DNA of 26,571 nucleotides from a virus (Duplodnaviria > Heunggongvirae > Uroviricota > Caudoviricetes), in IMG/VR virus record IMGVR_UViG_2623620496_000002, positions 1-26,571 of that record; one strand, written 5' to 3'. The translations under genes and the position numbers were made by a program. Below are positions 1 to 9,415 of the stretch, piece by piece; positions within the stretch are counted from its first letter, which is position 1, and the number at the start of each line of letters is the position of its first letter. The notes under the pieces were generated by a model. The model saw only the letters and a list, made by a program, of their open reading frames with translations, had not been told where the DNA came from and did not search any database.

Positions 1-411
1 CAGCGGCTGATCACCTCCTGCTCCGGATCGGCGTCGCTGTTTCCGTTGACGAAGTTCACCGCATCCAGAAAACGGGCATAAACCTTACGCCTGACCACCG
101 TTCCGCCGACCAGACTCTGCAGATCTTCCGCCATCCCGGTGACCATGCCATACAGGTTAGAAACCGTCAGCGTGGGGCGCGTACTGGTGCCTTTGCCATT
201 CAGTTCGAAACCACTCCCCTGAATGGGATACGCCTGATACTGTCGCCCCTGCCAGGTGACCGGCTCACCTTTTTCGTTCTGCTCATTACAGAAAAAATAA
301 CGTTCTCCACCAACCTCTGTCAGATCGATTTCCCAGAGCACCACGCTGGCAGACTGCTCCGCACGGGTACATTCATTCAGTGTTTCCTGTCGGATATCCT
401 GCATCAGTTCA
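1..411 (-). CDS. L: tail tip assembly protein gpL (partial, C-terminus beyond window edge)
   Basis: Minus-strand reading frame from ATG at 409..411 translates MQDIRQETLNECTRAEQSASVVLWEIDLTEVGGERYFFCNEQNEKGEPVTWQGRQYQAYPIQ..., matching the recalled lambda gpL N-terminus. Overlaps the M stop as in lambda. Absent from the ORF track because it runs off the window. Confidence 0.85.
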
Positions 412-733
412 CCACCTGTTCAAACTCTGCGCTGAACTCAACACGCAACATACTGACCCGCGACGACCATTTTGCGCAGGTCACCTTTATCTGCCGGTAG
501 CCATAAGGCGGCGTCCACAGAAAGGCCTTCCAGCCCCCATGCTCAGCCAGAAACGACTCCAGCGCCGCGGCCTCCCAACGGGGAACAGAAAGCGTCACGC
601 TGTACGTTTTCAGGTCGGCATTCAGCCCGGCAGGCGCTCGCTGGGAATAGCCATCACCAAAGCGCACCTTCCTGACGGAAGGGGCCGAAGCCACATCCAT
701 ACCGGGTTTCACTTTCCAGCGGAAGGTTTTCAT
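404..733 (-). CDS. M: tail tip protein gpM
   Basis: 109 aa ORF MKTFRWKVKPGMDV...EFEQVVN, near-identical to recalled lambda gpM (109 aa); start overlaps the H stop. Confidence 0.95.
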   Translation of the reverse strand: MKTFRWKVKPGMDVASAPSVRKVRFGDGYSQRAPAGLNADLKTYSVTLSVPRWEAAALESFLAEHGGWKAFLWTPPYGYRQIKVTCAKWSSRVSMLRVEFSAEFEQVVN

Positions 734-3291
734 CGTCCACCTCCGGAGAACAGGCCACCATCACGCATCTGTGTCTGAATTTCATCACGGGCACCCTTGC
801 GGGCCATGTCATACACCGCCTTCAGAGCAGCCGGACCTATCTGACCGTTCGTGCCGTCGTTATTAATCACCACATGGTTATTCTGCTCAAACTTCCCGGA
901 CGCCTGCGACCGGCTGTCCGCCAGGCTGCCCGGTGTACCGACATAACCACCGGTGGCATAGCCGCGCATCAGCCGGTAGAGATTCCCCACGCCAATCCGG
1001 CTGGTTGCCTCCTTCGTGAAGACAAATTCACCACGGTGAACAATCCCCGCTGGCTCATATTTGCCGCCGGTTCCCGTAAATCCTCCGGTCGCAAAATGGA
1101 ATTTCGCCGCAGCTGCCTGAATGGCTGTATCACCTGACGCTGATGCGCCGCCACCAACAGCCCCGCCAATGGCGCTGCCGATACTCCCGACAATCCCCAC
1201 CATTGCCTGCTTAAGCAGAATTTCTGTCATCATGGACAGCACGGAACGGGTGAAGCTGCGCCAGTTCTGCTCACTGCCGGTCAGCATCGCCGCCATATTC
1301 TGTGCAATACCATCAAAGGTCTGCGTGGCAGCACTTTTAACCTGCGACATACTGTCCGTGGCGCTCTCTTCCCACTCACTCCAGCCGGACTTGAGGCCTG
1401 CCATCCAGCTCCCACGAAGCTGGTCTTCAGCCGCCCAGGTCTTTTTCTGCTCTGACATGACGTTATTCAGCGCCAGCGAATTATCGCCATACTGTTCCTT
1501 CAGGCGCTGTTCTGTGGCTTCCCGCGCTGCCTGCCGGTCAGTCAGCCCCCGGTTTTTCGCATCAATGGCTGTCCGTTTTGCCCGTTGTTGCTGTGCGAAC
1601 TTATCCGCCTGCTGCGCCAGCGCATTCAGGTGCTCCTGATACGTGACCTTATCGCCAAGTGCAGCCAGCTGGCGTTTGTACTCCAGCGTCTCATCTTTAT
1701 GCGCCAGCAGGGATTTCTCCTGTGCGGACAGCTGGCGACGTTGTGCCGCCTCCTCCAGTACCGCGAACTGACTTTCTGCCTTCCACAAATCCCGGCGCTG
1801 CTGGCTGATTTTCTCATTCGCTCCGGCATGCTTCTCCAGTGTCCGGAGTTCTGCCTGAAGCGTCAGCAGGGCAGCATGAGCATTGTCTTCCTGACGATCG
1901 CCCGCAGACACCTTCACGCCGGACTGTTTCGGCTTTTTCAGCGTCGCTTCATAATCCTTTTTCGCCGCCGCCATCAGCGTGTTGTAATCTGCCTGCAGGA
2001 TTTTCCCGTCTTTCAGTGCCTTGTTCAGTTCTTCCTGACGGGCGGTATATTTCTCCAGCGGCGTCTGCAGCCGTTCGTAAGCCTTCTGCGCCTCTTCGGT
2101 ATATTTCAGCCGTGACGCTTCGGTATCGCTCTGCTGCTGCGCATTTTTGTCCTGTTGACTCTGCTGTTCAGCCTTCTTTCGGGCGGCTTCAAGCGCAAGA
2201 CGGGCCTTTTCACGATCATCCCAGTAACGCGCCCGCGCTTCATCGTTAACAAAATAATCATCCTTGCGCAGATTCCAGATGTCGTCCGCTTTCTTAAACG
2301 CAGCCTCTGCCTTAATCAGCATCTCCTGAGCGGTATCAGGACGACCAATATCCAGCACAGCATCCCACATGGATTTGAATGCCCGTGCTGTCCTGCCTGC
2401 CCAGGTCTCCAGCGTGCCCATGTTCTCTTTCAGGCGTCGGGTCTGGTCATCAAACCCTTTCGTTGCGGCCTCGTTCGCCGCCTGCAATGCCCCGGCTTCA
2501 TCGCCGGAACGCTGCAACTGAGCAACATACGCAATCTGCACCGCCGTCACGTTATGGAACTGGCGCGCCATCGCTGTCAGCCCCGACGTCGGGTCAGTGG
2601 TCAGCTTCCCGAAGGCTTCAGCGACCTTGTCCACCTCCACACCGGATGCAGAGGAGAAACGCGCCACACTCTGGCTGATGGACGCAATCTGAGCCTCGCC
2701 GCTTACCCCCGCCTTAACCAGTGCGCTGAGTGACTCGCTGGTCTGGTTAAACGTCAGCCCTGCGGCCTGCCCGGCTCTGGACAGGACCAGCATACGATCT
2801 GCCGTCAGACCCGACTGATTACCGGAAAGGACCAGCGTTTTGTTGAAATCGGACAGGGTTGAGTTGCCCTGATACCAGGCATACGCCAGCGCACCGGTCG
2901 CCACCGCCAGCGAGGTGGCCCCGACCATCGGCAGGGTGATCGCACCGGCAAGCCCCCTGAACATGGGGATCATCCCGCCGAAGGAGTCCTTCACCTGACC
3001 ACCCTGTTGCAGCAGGATCAGCCACGGACTTTGCCCGCCTGCAAGCTGCGTGGCCACGTCGGTGAACTGTGCAGGCAGCATACGCATGGCGGCTTTATAC
3101 TGCCCGACGGAAATCCCCGCTTTCTGTGCAGCCAGCGCCTGCCGGTTCATTGACTGTTCAACGACTGCCGCTGTTTTTTTCGCATCACTTTCCGTACCGG
3201 AAAAATGACGCCTGACTCTGGCCATCTGCTCGTCAAATCTGGCCGCATCCAGACTTAAATCAACGACCAGATCGCCTACCGGTTCAGCCAT
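730..3291 (-). CDS. H: tail tape measure protein gpH
   Basis: 853 aa ORF, same length as lambda gpH, in the conserved G/T-H-M-L order; coiled-coil-rich middle and glycine-rich C-terminal part. Confidence 0.95.
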   Translation of the reverse strand: MAEPVGDLVVDLSLDAARFDEQMARVRRHFSGTESDAKKTAAVVEQSMNRQALAAQKAGISVGQYKAAMRMLPAQFTDVATQLAGGQSPWLILLQQGGQVKDSFGGMIPMFRGLAGAITLPMVGATSLAVATGALAYAWYQGNSTLSDFNKTLVLSGNQSGLTADRMLVLSRAGQAAGLTFNQTSESLSALVKAGVSGEAQIASISQSVARFSSASGVEVDKVAEAFGKLTTDPTSGLTAMARQFHNVTAVQIAYVAQLQRSGDEAGALQAANEAATKGFDDQTRRLKENMGTLETWAGRTARAFKSMWDAVLDIGRPDTAQEMLIKAEAAFKKADDIWNLRKDDYFVNDEARARYWDDREKARLALEAARKKAEQQSQQDKNAQQQSDTEASRLKYTEEAQKAYERLQTPLEKYTARQEELNKALKDGKILQADYNTLMAAAKKDYEATLKKPKQSGVKVSAGDRQEDNAHAALLTLQAELRTLEKHAGANEKISQQRRDLWKAESQFAVLEEAAQRRQLSAQEKSLLAHKDETLEYKRQLAALGDKVTYQEHLNALAQQADKFAQQQRAKRTAIDAKNRGLTDRQAAREATEQRLKEQYGDNSLALNNVMSEQKKTWAAEDQLRGSWMAGLKSGWSEWEESATDSMSQVKSAATQTFDGIAQNMAAMLTGSEQNWRSFTRSVLSMMTEILLKQAMVGIVGSIGSAIGGAVGGGASASGDTAIQAAAAKFHFATGGFTGTGGKYEPAGIVHRGEFVFTKEATSRIGVGNLYRLMRGYATGGYVGTPGSLADSRSQASGKFEQNNHVVINNDGTNGQIGPAALKAVYDMARKGARDEIQTQMRDGGLFSGGGR

Positions 3292-3718
3292 ACCGGACTC
3301 CTCCTGCGATCCCTTCTGATACTGTCATCAGCATTACGTCATCCTCCGTCATGTCCGCCACATCCGGGGAGGCGGGGATAACTTCATTCCCGTCCGGACC
3401 AAAACGAACACCTCCGGCAAGCCCTGCCGCTTTCTGCATCAGCACATCACCTTCAGGCTCTTCGTCAGCCTCACACCGGTTCAGCAGACTGAAATCCAGC
3501 GGATGCATATCCGGATCGCTGATAAACAGGCTGAGCACGGTGTACGTCAGCCCGGAAAAGTGCATATCCAGCAGAACATCATGAAAATAATGGGTACTGT
3601 AAAAGCGGTGCCAGTCGGCATACTCCGTGGATGACATCCCGGCAAGCATGGCGCGCCAGTCGGGTCGCCCCATCTCACGCGCCAGTTTCAGGGCAAAACT
3701 CAGCTCACCGTCGAACAC
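3284..3718 (-). CDS. T: tail assembly chaperone GT, T-frame extension reached by programmed -1 frameshift from G
   Basis: 144 aa ORF in the -1 frame overlapping the 3-prime end of G, ending 8 nt inside the H start; slippery heptamer GGGAAAG lies in the overlap. Confidence 0.85.
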   Translation of the reverse strand: MFDGELSFALKLAREMGRPDWRAMLAGMSSTEYADWHRFYSTHYFHDVLLDMHFSGLTYTVLSLFISDPDMHPLDFSLLNRCEADEEPEGDVLMQKAAGLAGGVRFGPDGNEVIPASPDVADMTEDDVMLMTVSEGIAGGVRYG

Positions 3719-4122
3719 TTTCCCGCAGAAACAGGCTCTGCAGGCCCGGCGTCCTCTGCCTGTTCGGGGGCATTATTCACCACAAACTCATACATACCGG
3801 ACAGCCGGTACACCACGTTTTCAGCATGAGAAATTGCCTCTGTGGGCCAGGTGGTAAGCACTTCCTGCTCAATCTGTTTAACGGCTTCATTCATGGACGG
3901 CATCTGCGTCTTCTTCGGATGGTTATGCCACAGGGACATCGCCACCAGAAACGCGCCGGTTCTGATGACGTCTTCCACAGTAACCTGCCGGTTGCTGTCG
4001 GATCCCGCCTGTTCTGCCTGCCGTTTCATCAGGGCAAGATGCTCAATACGCTGCAGGGCTGACAGTTCAGAAAGCGTGACGGTCACGCCGTTATATTCAA
4101 ATGATTCGGTTTTCAGGAACAT
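3700..4122 (-). CDS. G: tail assembly chaperone gpG
   Basis: 140 aa ORF MFLKTESFEYNGVTVTLSELSALQRIEHLALMKRQAEQ..., near-identical to recalled lambda gpG. Confidence 0.95.
   Translation of the reverse strand: MFLKTESFEYNGVTVTLSELSALQRIEHLALMKRQAEQAGSDSNRQVTVEDVIRTGAFLVAMSLWHNHPKKTQMPSMNEAVKQIEQEVLTTWPTEAISHAENVVYRLSGMYEFVVNNAPEQAEDAGPAEPVSAGKCSTVS
3718..3724 (-). other. programmed -1 ribosomal frameshift slippery site GGGAAAG (G to GT)
   Basis: Plus-strand CTTTCCC at 3718..3724 is GGGAAAG on the coding strand, located in the G/T overlap just upstream of the G stop. Confidence 0.8.
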
Positions 4123-4137
4123 CGCTGACTCTCCGGA

Positions 4138-4878
4138 TTAGCTGGCGGTGACGGTGATTTCTGCAACCGCAGCAAACTCACCATTACCGGATACAACCGG
4201 AATGTTGACCTTGCCTGCAGCAACGCCGTTCACGGTGATGGTCATACCACTGACCGACACGGTGGCTTTTGTTTTATCCGAAGACACCGCACGGAAGCTC
4301 TTGTCGGTTACGCCTTCCGGCTGGAATGCCACGGTCAGCGTGGTGCTCTGCCCTTTCACTACGGAAGCACTGGCTGGCGTTACCGTCATGCCGGTGGCCG
4401 CTGTTACCGTGCTGCGATCTTCTGCCATCGACGGGCGTCCCACATTGGTGACCTTCACCGTGCGGGTGATCACTTCCTTCGCCGTCACCGCCTTACCGAT
4501 ACTGCTGACCCAGCCACGGAACACATCGACCGTGCCGTTAGGGAAGCGGATTTTATAGGCACGGGTATCACCTTCATTAAACCACGCCAGCAGCGCCTGC
4601 TGCCCCTGCTCTCCGGGCATCCACGCCAGCGTGAAGCTGGTATCTCCGGCAGATTTCTGCCCCTGCCCGGTCGCAGTCCAGTCCGCATCTTCATCATCGA
4701 GATAGCTGTCGTCATAGGACTCAGCGGTCAGTTCGCCGGGCGTCAGGTCTTTAACTTTTGCCAGACGCGACCAGTCAACGTCTGAAAGCGGGTTCGCATA
4801 AGGGTCACCGTTCCCCTTATAAACCCACAGTGTGGTCCCGGCCCCTTTCACCGGCATTGTAGGATTTGGTACAGGCAT
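4138..4878 (-). CDS. V: major tail protein gpV (with C-terminal Ig-like domain)
   Basis: ORF 4138..4908 contains [22 protein letters not shown]... matching the recalled lambda gpV N-terminus from the internal Met; start therefore placed at ATG 4876..4878 (246 aa). Confidence 0.9.
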   Translation of the reverse strand: MPVPNPTMPVKGAGTTLWVYKGNGDPYANPLSDVDWSRLAKVKDLTPGELTAESYDDSYLDDEDADWTATGQGQKSAGDTSFTLAWMPGEQGQQALLAWFNEGDTRAYKIRFPNGTVDVFRGWVSSIGKAVTAKEVITRTVKVTNVGRPSMAEDRSTVTAATGMTVTPASASVVKGQSTTLTVAFQPEGVTDKSFRAVSSDKTKATVSVSGMTITVNGVAAGKVNIPVVSGNGEFAAVAEITVTAS

Positions 4879-4885
4879 AGCGTCC

Positions 4886-5281
4886 TCACATTTCATAGGT
4901 AATGACATAAGTCAGATCGGCTGAACTCCACAGGCCCGCATCATCGTCGCGCCGGTAGTCATAGCCGCTGGCCACCATATTGGTGATCAAATCTGACAGT
5001 GCCGGGATATCGCTCATCACCGGATAAATCCGGGACTCCATCCACGAATCCAGCTCTGAATCCGGCACCTGAGCAGGCAGGAAAACTTCAATATGCAGCT
5101 CCGCCTGCCAGGTATCGCTGTCCAGCTCTTCGCCCGTGTATTCAGCGCCGGTGAGATAAACGGCAATTGCCGGAAAATCTTCCTCATCAAAAACAGCGGG
5201 GCGACCATCAAAAAGCGTCGCCCCGGTGTCATGCTTCTCCAGTGCATCCAGTACGGCTGCACGGAGTTCAGTATGTTTCAT
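4886..5281 (-). CDS. U: tail terminator protein gpU
   Basis: 131 aa [23 protein letters not shown]..., same length and sequence pattern as lambda gpU. Confidence 0.95.
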   Translation of the reverse strand: MKHTELRAAVLDALEKHDTGATLFDGRPAVFDEEDFPAIAVYLTGAEYTGEELDSDTWQAELHIEVFLPAQVPDSELDSWMESRIYPVMSDIPALSDLITNMVASGYDYRRDDDAGLWSSADLTYVITYEM

Positions 5282-5856
5282 CGCTTTATTACCATTCTCA
5301 GTTGATGCTGCAGCGCATAGCCCAGCTCTTTCGGAAGACGTTCACGCCGTATCCGTTCAATATTCTGTTTAAACGCCGTGGTCAGCGGCACCGACATCGG
5401 AATTTTCACCACATCAATGGGGTAACGGTTTTTCCCGGCCACACGCTGCATGACATGCCACCGGCCATTTTTCAGTTGCTGAATAAACGCGCCGGGAATA
5501 CGACGGTTACCCACCACAAGCACGCTGCCGCCACCTTTCAGGGATGAACGCTGCCCCTTTTTACGACGCCTGCGGCGGGACAGGACAACCCGCGCATTAC
5601 CCAGCTTGATTACGGGCAAATCCCCCCGGTTAACTTTGATTCTGGCCTGCGGATTTTTGACCGTGGCCCTTTTCAGCCTGGCCCTTTCCTTTACCAGTTT
5701 CCGGCGTACCTTTGTCTCACGGGCAACCTGTGACGCCGACTGCGATATCGCGGATGAAGCAACGCGGTTAATGGCCATTGCGGCGGCACCAGGCACCGCC
5801 GTTTTGCTGATACGGCTGAGGTTTTCAACGGCCTGCTCAAGACCTTTTATGGCCAT
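5278..5856 (-). CDS. Z: tail completion protein gpZ
   Basis: 192 aa ORF, lambda gpZ length, arginine-rich central segment; stop overlaps U start. Confidence 0.95.
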   Translation of the reverse strand: MAIKGLEQAVENLSRISKTAVPGAAAMAINRVASSAISQSASQVARETKVRRKLVKERARLKRATVKNPQARIKVNRGDLPVIKLGNARVVLSRRRRRKKGQRSSLKGGGSVLVVGNRRIPGAFIQQLKNGRWHVMQRVAGKNRYPIDVVKIPMSVPLTTAFKQNIERIRRERLPKELGYALQHQLRMVIKR

Positions 5857-5867
5857 ACATCCCCCTT

Positions 5868-6221
5868 TCAGCGGCGACGGTTAACGGCAGGCGGTACGCC
5901 CCGACCAAGCCAGAGATGACAGCTTCCGCCATCATCCGGCGAAACCCGATCTACCCAGAAGTTTTCCTCACCGATGGTCAGCGTGTCTCCACGCCGCAGC
6001 TGCCGCACATCATCAGTCCGGACAAACAGGGACGGGCTGGAGCCTTCAACGCGCACGCCAGGACCGGCATAGCTGATATTTTCAGGATCATCAAAAACAC
6101 CACGTATCACAGCACCGGACTGCTCACCGGATGTAATGGTGGCTGACGTTCCCATGTACCCGCGTATCGTTTCATCGGCGCGGGCAATGGCAGCATCGAA
6201 CAGGTTATCGAAATCAGCCAC
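5868..6221 (-). CDS. FII: head-tail joining protein gpFII
   Basis: 117 aa ORF MADFDNLFDAAIARADETIRGYMGTSATITSG..., matches recalled lambda gpFII. Confidence 0.95.
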   Translation of the reverse strand: MADFDNLFDAAIARADETIRGYMGTSATITSGEQSGAVIRGVFDDPENISYAGPGVRVEGSSPSLFVRTDDVRQLRRGDTLTIGEENFWVDRVSPDDGGSCHLWLGRGVPPAVNRRR

Positions 6222-6232
6222 AGCGCCTCCCG

Positions 6233-6631
6233 TTATTGCATTCTGGCCAGGCCGCGCTCTGTCATTTCAGCTGCCACACCGGCAGAGACACGGAACGCCG
6301 TTCCCGGCAGCACAAATGCAACAGGTTCATCCCGGATGGCGTGAAGTGCATCAGTATGCAGCGTCACCAGTGCCACGACCGTGACCAGATCAGCCGCATC
6401 CTGAATCACGGTATCCGGCTGCGCTGATACAGCCTCATTTTCATGCCCGGTCAGCACATTTTCCGGGCTGAGAGGGGTGTCCTGACCGGCAGTGTCATCC
6501 GTGTCATCAAGCTCTTCTTCCAGCTCTGCCACACGGAGCGCCAGTTCTTCTTTCGTCCCCGTCAGGCTGACATCACGGTTCAGTTGCTCACCCAGCGACC
6601 GGAGACGGGCAATCAGTTCATCTTTCGTCAT
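6233..6631 (-). CDS. FI: DNA packaging protein gpFI
   Basis: ORF 6233..6670 contains MTKDELIARLRSLGEQLNRDVSLTGTKEELALRVAEL... which matches lambda gpFI from the internal Met; start placed at ATG 6629..6631 (132 aa). Confidence 0.9.
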   Translation of the reverse strand: MTKDELIARLRSLGEQLNRDVSLTGTKEELALRVAELEEELDDTDDTAGQDTPLSPENVLTGHENEAVSAQPDTVIQDAADLVTVVALVTLHTDALHAIRDEPVAFVLPGTAFRVSAGVAAEMTERGLARMQ

Positions 6632-6672
6632 GGACTCCTCCACAGAGAGAAAATGGCCCCGAAGGGCCACGA

Positions 6673-7698
6673 TTACGCCAGTTGTACGGACACGAACGCA
6701 TCAGGGTCAGCCAGCAGCATCAGCGGTGCTGACTGAATCATGGTGAACTCACGCGCCGGATCGCCGGTGGTCACCCAGTTTTTCGGGTAGCGGGCAGAGG
6801 CGTTAATGCCTTCGCGCTGTGCGTCCGCATCCTGAATGCAGCCATAGGTGCGCAGACCACGTGCCTGAGTGTTCCCCAGCAACATCGTGTTGTCCGGCAG
6901 GAAGTTCTTTTTGACGTCGTTTTCCACGTACTGTCCGGAATACACGACGATCGCCATATCGCCATACATCCCCTTATAGGACACCGCTTCGCCCAGGTCT
7001 TTTACCGCTGTCTCCAGCTCGGAATGAGAGCCGCGACGGGTATCCAGCTTCTCCTTGACGGCTTTGAAGGAACGGAACAGCGCCCAGCCTTTCGGATCGA
7101 ACACGATGATATTCACCACACCGCTGGCGTTCAGCGCGTAGGCTTCGATATCGTCGGTCGGGTCATACGTGGACTTGTCACGCTTGCTCCACTCCGTGCC
7201 GCCGGACTGCGTGATGTTATTCGCCGCACTGCGGCCCATATCCACCTCAACCGGATCGAAGGCTTCACCGGTCATGGTGTATTTGCCTTTAAGCACGGCA
7301 GAAACGGCCTGCATCTCTTCGACCTGGGCAATGGCCAGCTCTTCGTCACGCATGTTCTGCATAATGATGCGACGGCGACGGTAAGCCGGGTCCGCCAGAT
7401 TCTGCGGATCTTCATCCGGCAGGCGACGCAGGGTCATCTGCGGATTCACTTCATGCTTCGGCTTGACATATCCCGGCGTAAATTCAGAGGTGGAGCCGCC
7501 ACGGGAACGGATAACCTCACCGGAAACAATCGGCGAAACGTACAGCGCCATGTTTACCAGTCCCGGAATTTGTGAGAGATAGACTTTCTCCGTGGTGAAG
7601 GGATAGCTCTCACGGAAAAAGAGACGCAGAAACAGCGGTTCAAACTTAAATTTCTGCTCATTTGCCGCCAGCAGCTGGGCGGTTGTGTACATCGACAT
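6673..7698 (-). CDS. E: major capsid protein gpE
   Basis: ORF 6673..7725 contains MSMYTTAQLLAANEQKFKF... to ...FVSVQLA, near-identical to recalled lambda gpE (341 aa); start placed at ATG 7696..7698. Confidence 0.95.
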   Translation of the reverse strand: MSMYTTAQLLAANEQKFKFEPLFLRLFFRESYPFTTEKVYLSQIPGLVNMALYVSPIVSGEVIRSRGGSTSEFTPGYVKPKHEVNPQMTLRRLPDEDPQNLADPAYRRRRIIMQNMRDEELAIAQVEEMQAVSAVLKGKYTMTGEAFDPVEVDMGRSAANNITQSGGTEWSKRDKSTYDPTDDIEAYALNASGVVNIIVFDPKGWALFRSFKAVKEKLDTRRGSHSELETAVKDLGEAVSYKGMYGDMAIVVYSGQYVENDVKKNFLPDNTMLLGNTQARGLRTYGCIQDADAQREGINASARYPKNWVTTGDPAREFTMIQSAPLMLLADPDAFVSVQLA

Positions 7699-7753
7699 AA
7701 AAAAATCCCGTAAAAAAAGCCGCACAGGCGGCCTTTAGTGATGAAGGGTAAAG

Positions 7754-8086
7754 TTAAACGATGCTGATTGCCGTTCCGGCAAACGCGGTCCGTTTTTTCG
7801 TCTCGTCGCTGGCAGCCTCCGGCCAGAGCACATCCTCATAACGGAACGTGCCGGACTTGTAGAACGTCAGCGTGGTGCTGGTCTGGTCAGCAGCAACAGC
7901 AAGAATGCCGACAGCAGCACCGTCGGTGGTGCCATCCCACGCAACCAGCTTACGGGTGGAGGTGTCCAGCATCAGCGGGGTCATTGCAGGCGCTTTCGCA
8001 CTCAATCCGCCTGGCGCGGTTGCGGTATGAGCCGGGTCACTGTTGCCCAGCGGCTGGTAATGGGTAAAGGTTTCTTTGCTCGTCAT
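7754..8086 (-). CDS. D: head decoration protein gpD
   Basis: ORF contains [43 protein letters not shown]...AGTAISIV, near-identical to recalled lambda gpD (110 aa); start at ATG 8084..8086. Confidence 0.95.
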   Translation of the reverse strand: MTSKETFTHYQPLGNSDPAHTATAPGGLSAKAPAMTPLMLDTSTRKLVAWDGTTDGAAVGILAVAADQTSTTLTFYKSGTFRYEDVLWPEAASDETKKRTAFAGTAISIV

Positions 8087-8095
8087 AAACATCCC

Positions 8096-8701
8096 TTACA
8101 CTGGTGTGTTCAGCAAATCGTTAACGGCATCAGATGCCGGGTTACCTGCAGCCAGCGGTGCCGGTGCACCCTGCATCAGACGATCCAGCGCAGTGTCACT
8201 GCGCGCTTGTGCACTCTGTGGCGCTGCGGCCAGAATGCGGCGGGCCGTTTCCACGGTCATACCGGGGGTTTCTGCCAGCACGCGTGCCTGTTCTTCGCGT
8301 CCGTGCGCCTCCTCACAGTTGAGGATCCCCATAATGCGGCTGTTTTCTGCCGCAACCGCTGCGGTGATCTGCGCGTTCACGTCCGGTTGCGCCGCGCTGG
8401 CGTTTTCGCCCTCCGTCGCTGGCACCATGTCAGTAACGTCAGCCTGCGAAGCAGTGGCTGAAACAGTTGTTGATTGAGTCTCTTTGGTCATTCGCCCTCC
8501 TGAGAGACGGGATTTACGTGCATCCAGTGCATCACGCATGACGGTGATCGCATCGGTGCTGTTAACAAGTTCATCAGCCAGTCCGGCATCAATGGCCTCC
8601 TGACCGCTGTACACTGCAGCCTCGGTATCCAGCACAGCCTGCACAGACAGGCCGGTATATGCCGACACCTTCTGCGCAAACATCTGGCGGGTTGCGTCCA
8701 T
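8096..8701 (-). CDS. Nu3: capsid scaffolding protein Nu3 (in-frame internal start within C)
   Basis: In-frame ATG at 8699..8701 (MDATRQMFAQKVSAYTG...), 714 nt downstream of the C start as in lambda, sharing the C stop. Confidence 0.75.
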   Translation of the reverse strand: MDATRQMFAQKVSAYTGLSVQAVLDTEAAVYSGQEAIDAGLADELVNSTDAITVMRDALDARKSRLSGGRMTKETQSTTVSATASQADVTDMVPATEGENASAAQPDVNAQITAAVAAENSRIMGILNCEEAHGREEQARVLAETPGMTVETARRILAAAPQSAQARSDTALDRLMQGAPAPLAAGNPASDAVNDLLNTPV

Positions 8702-9415
8702 CCGGGACTGCAGTGTCTCCCGGACGTCATCCGGAAGATGGCTGTAGGGGTTGCCATCCACCTTATGGCTGCCGCTGTAAATCAGCGTGATTTCCACACC
8801 CTGTTTCTCCAGCGCAGCACCGTAATTACTGTGAGCCATCATGACGCCGATGGAGCCTGTCCGGGCGGTCTGCGTGACCAGACGCCGGGAGGCAGCACTG
8901 GCAAGCAGCTGACCTGCACTGCAGTTCATGTCGTTGGCCAGCGCCCATACCGGTTTTATGTCACGCACACGGGCGATGATGTCAGCGCAGTCAAATGCTC
9001 CCGCCACCATTCCGCCTGGCGTGTCCATATCGAGCAGAATGCCGTCCACCATCGGATCGCTGGCAGCCTGTTGCAGACGGGCGATAATGCCGTTGTAACC
9101 GGTCATCCCCGAATACGGCTGCAGCGCCCGCGTCCGGCTGACCAGCGTGCCGGACACCGGCAGCACGGCGATGCCATTCATGACCTGATAACTGCGGGCC
9201 TGTCGTGGCCCGTCATCATCACCGGATAACGCCAGCGTCGCGGGTGACTCTCCGGCAGTCAGGCTGTCACCTGACACCGCATCCGTCAGGCGGCTTATCC
9301 CAAGCTGGCCTGCAAGCGCACAAAAGAAAACCCGCGCATAGGCGGGTTCAAGCATCAGCGGCTCATTAAAGGCCATGCTGGCAATATGCGGGAGATTACG
9401 CAGCTCTGCTGTCAC
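8096..9415 (-). CDS. C: capsid assembly protease gpC (GTG start)
   Basis: Long ORF 8096..9550; lambda-like C sequence begins at VTAELRNLPHIASMAFNEPLMLEPAYARVFF..., coded from GTG at 9413..9415. This gives 439 aa and a 20-nt overlap with the B stop, the same arrangement as recalled for lambda. Confidence 0.85.
   Translation of the reverse strand: MTAELRNLPHIASMAFNEPLMLEPAYARVFFCALAGQLGISRLTDAVSGDSLTAGESPATLALSGDDDGPRQARSYQVMNGIAVLPVSGTLVSRTRALQPYSGMTGYNGIIARLQQAASDPMVDGILLDMDTPGGMVAGAFDCADIIARVRDIKPVWALANDMNCSAGQLLASAASRRLVTQTARTGSIGVMMAHSNYGAALEKQGVEITLIYSGSHKVDGNPYSHLPDDVRETLQSRMDATRQMFAQKVSAYTGLSVQAVLDTEAAVYSGQEAIDAGLADELVNSTDAITVMRDALDARKSRLSGGRMTKETQSTTVSATASQADVTDMVPATEGENASAAQPDVNAQITAAVAAENSRIMGILNCEEAHGREEQARVLAETPGMTVETARRILAAAPQSAQARSDTALDRLMQGAPAPLAAGNPASDAVNDLLNTPV

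Noticed and set aside
4138-4908. Extended start of gpV at 4908 ([10 protein letters not shown]...)
   Set aside because: The recalled lambda gpV begins MPVPNPT, and the extension would overlap U; internal ATG at 4878 preferred.
6673-7725. Extended starts for gpE (7725), gpD (8092), gpFI (6670) and gpC (9550)
   Set aside because: The recalled lambda proteins start at the internal positions chosen, and the extensions overlap upstream genes; for C the GTG at 9415 reproduces the lambda-like 20-nt overlap with B.
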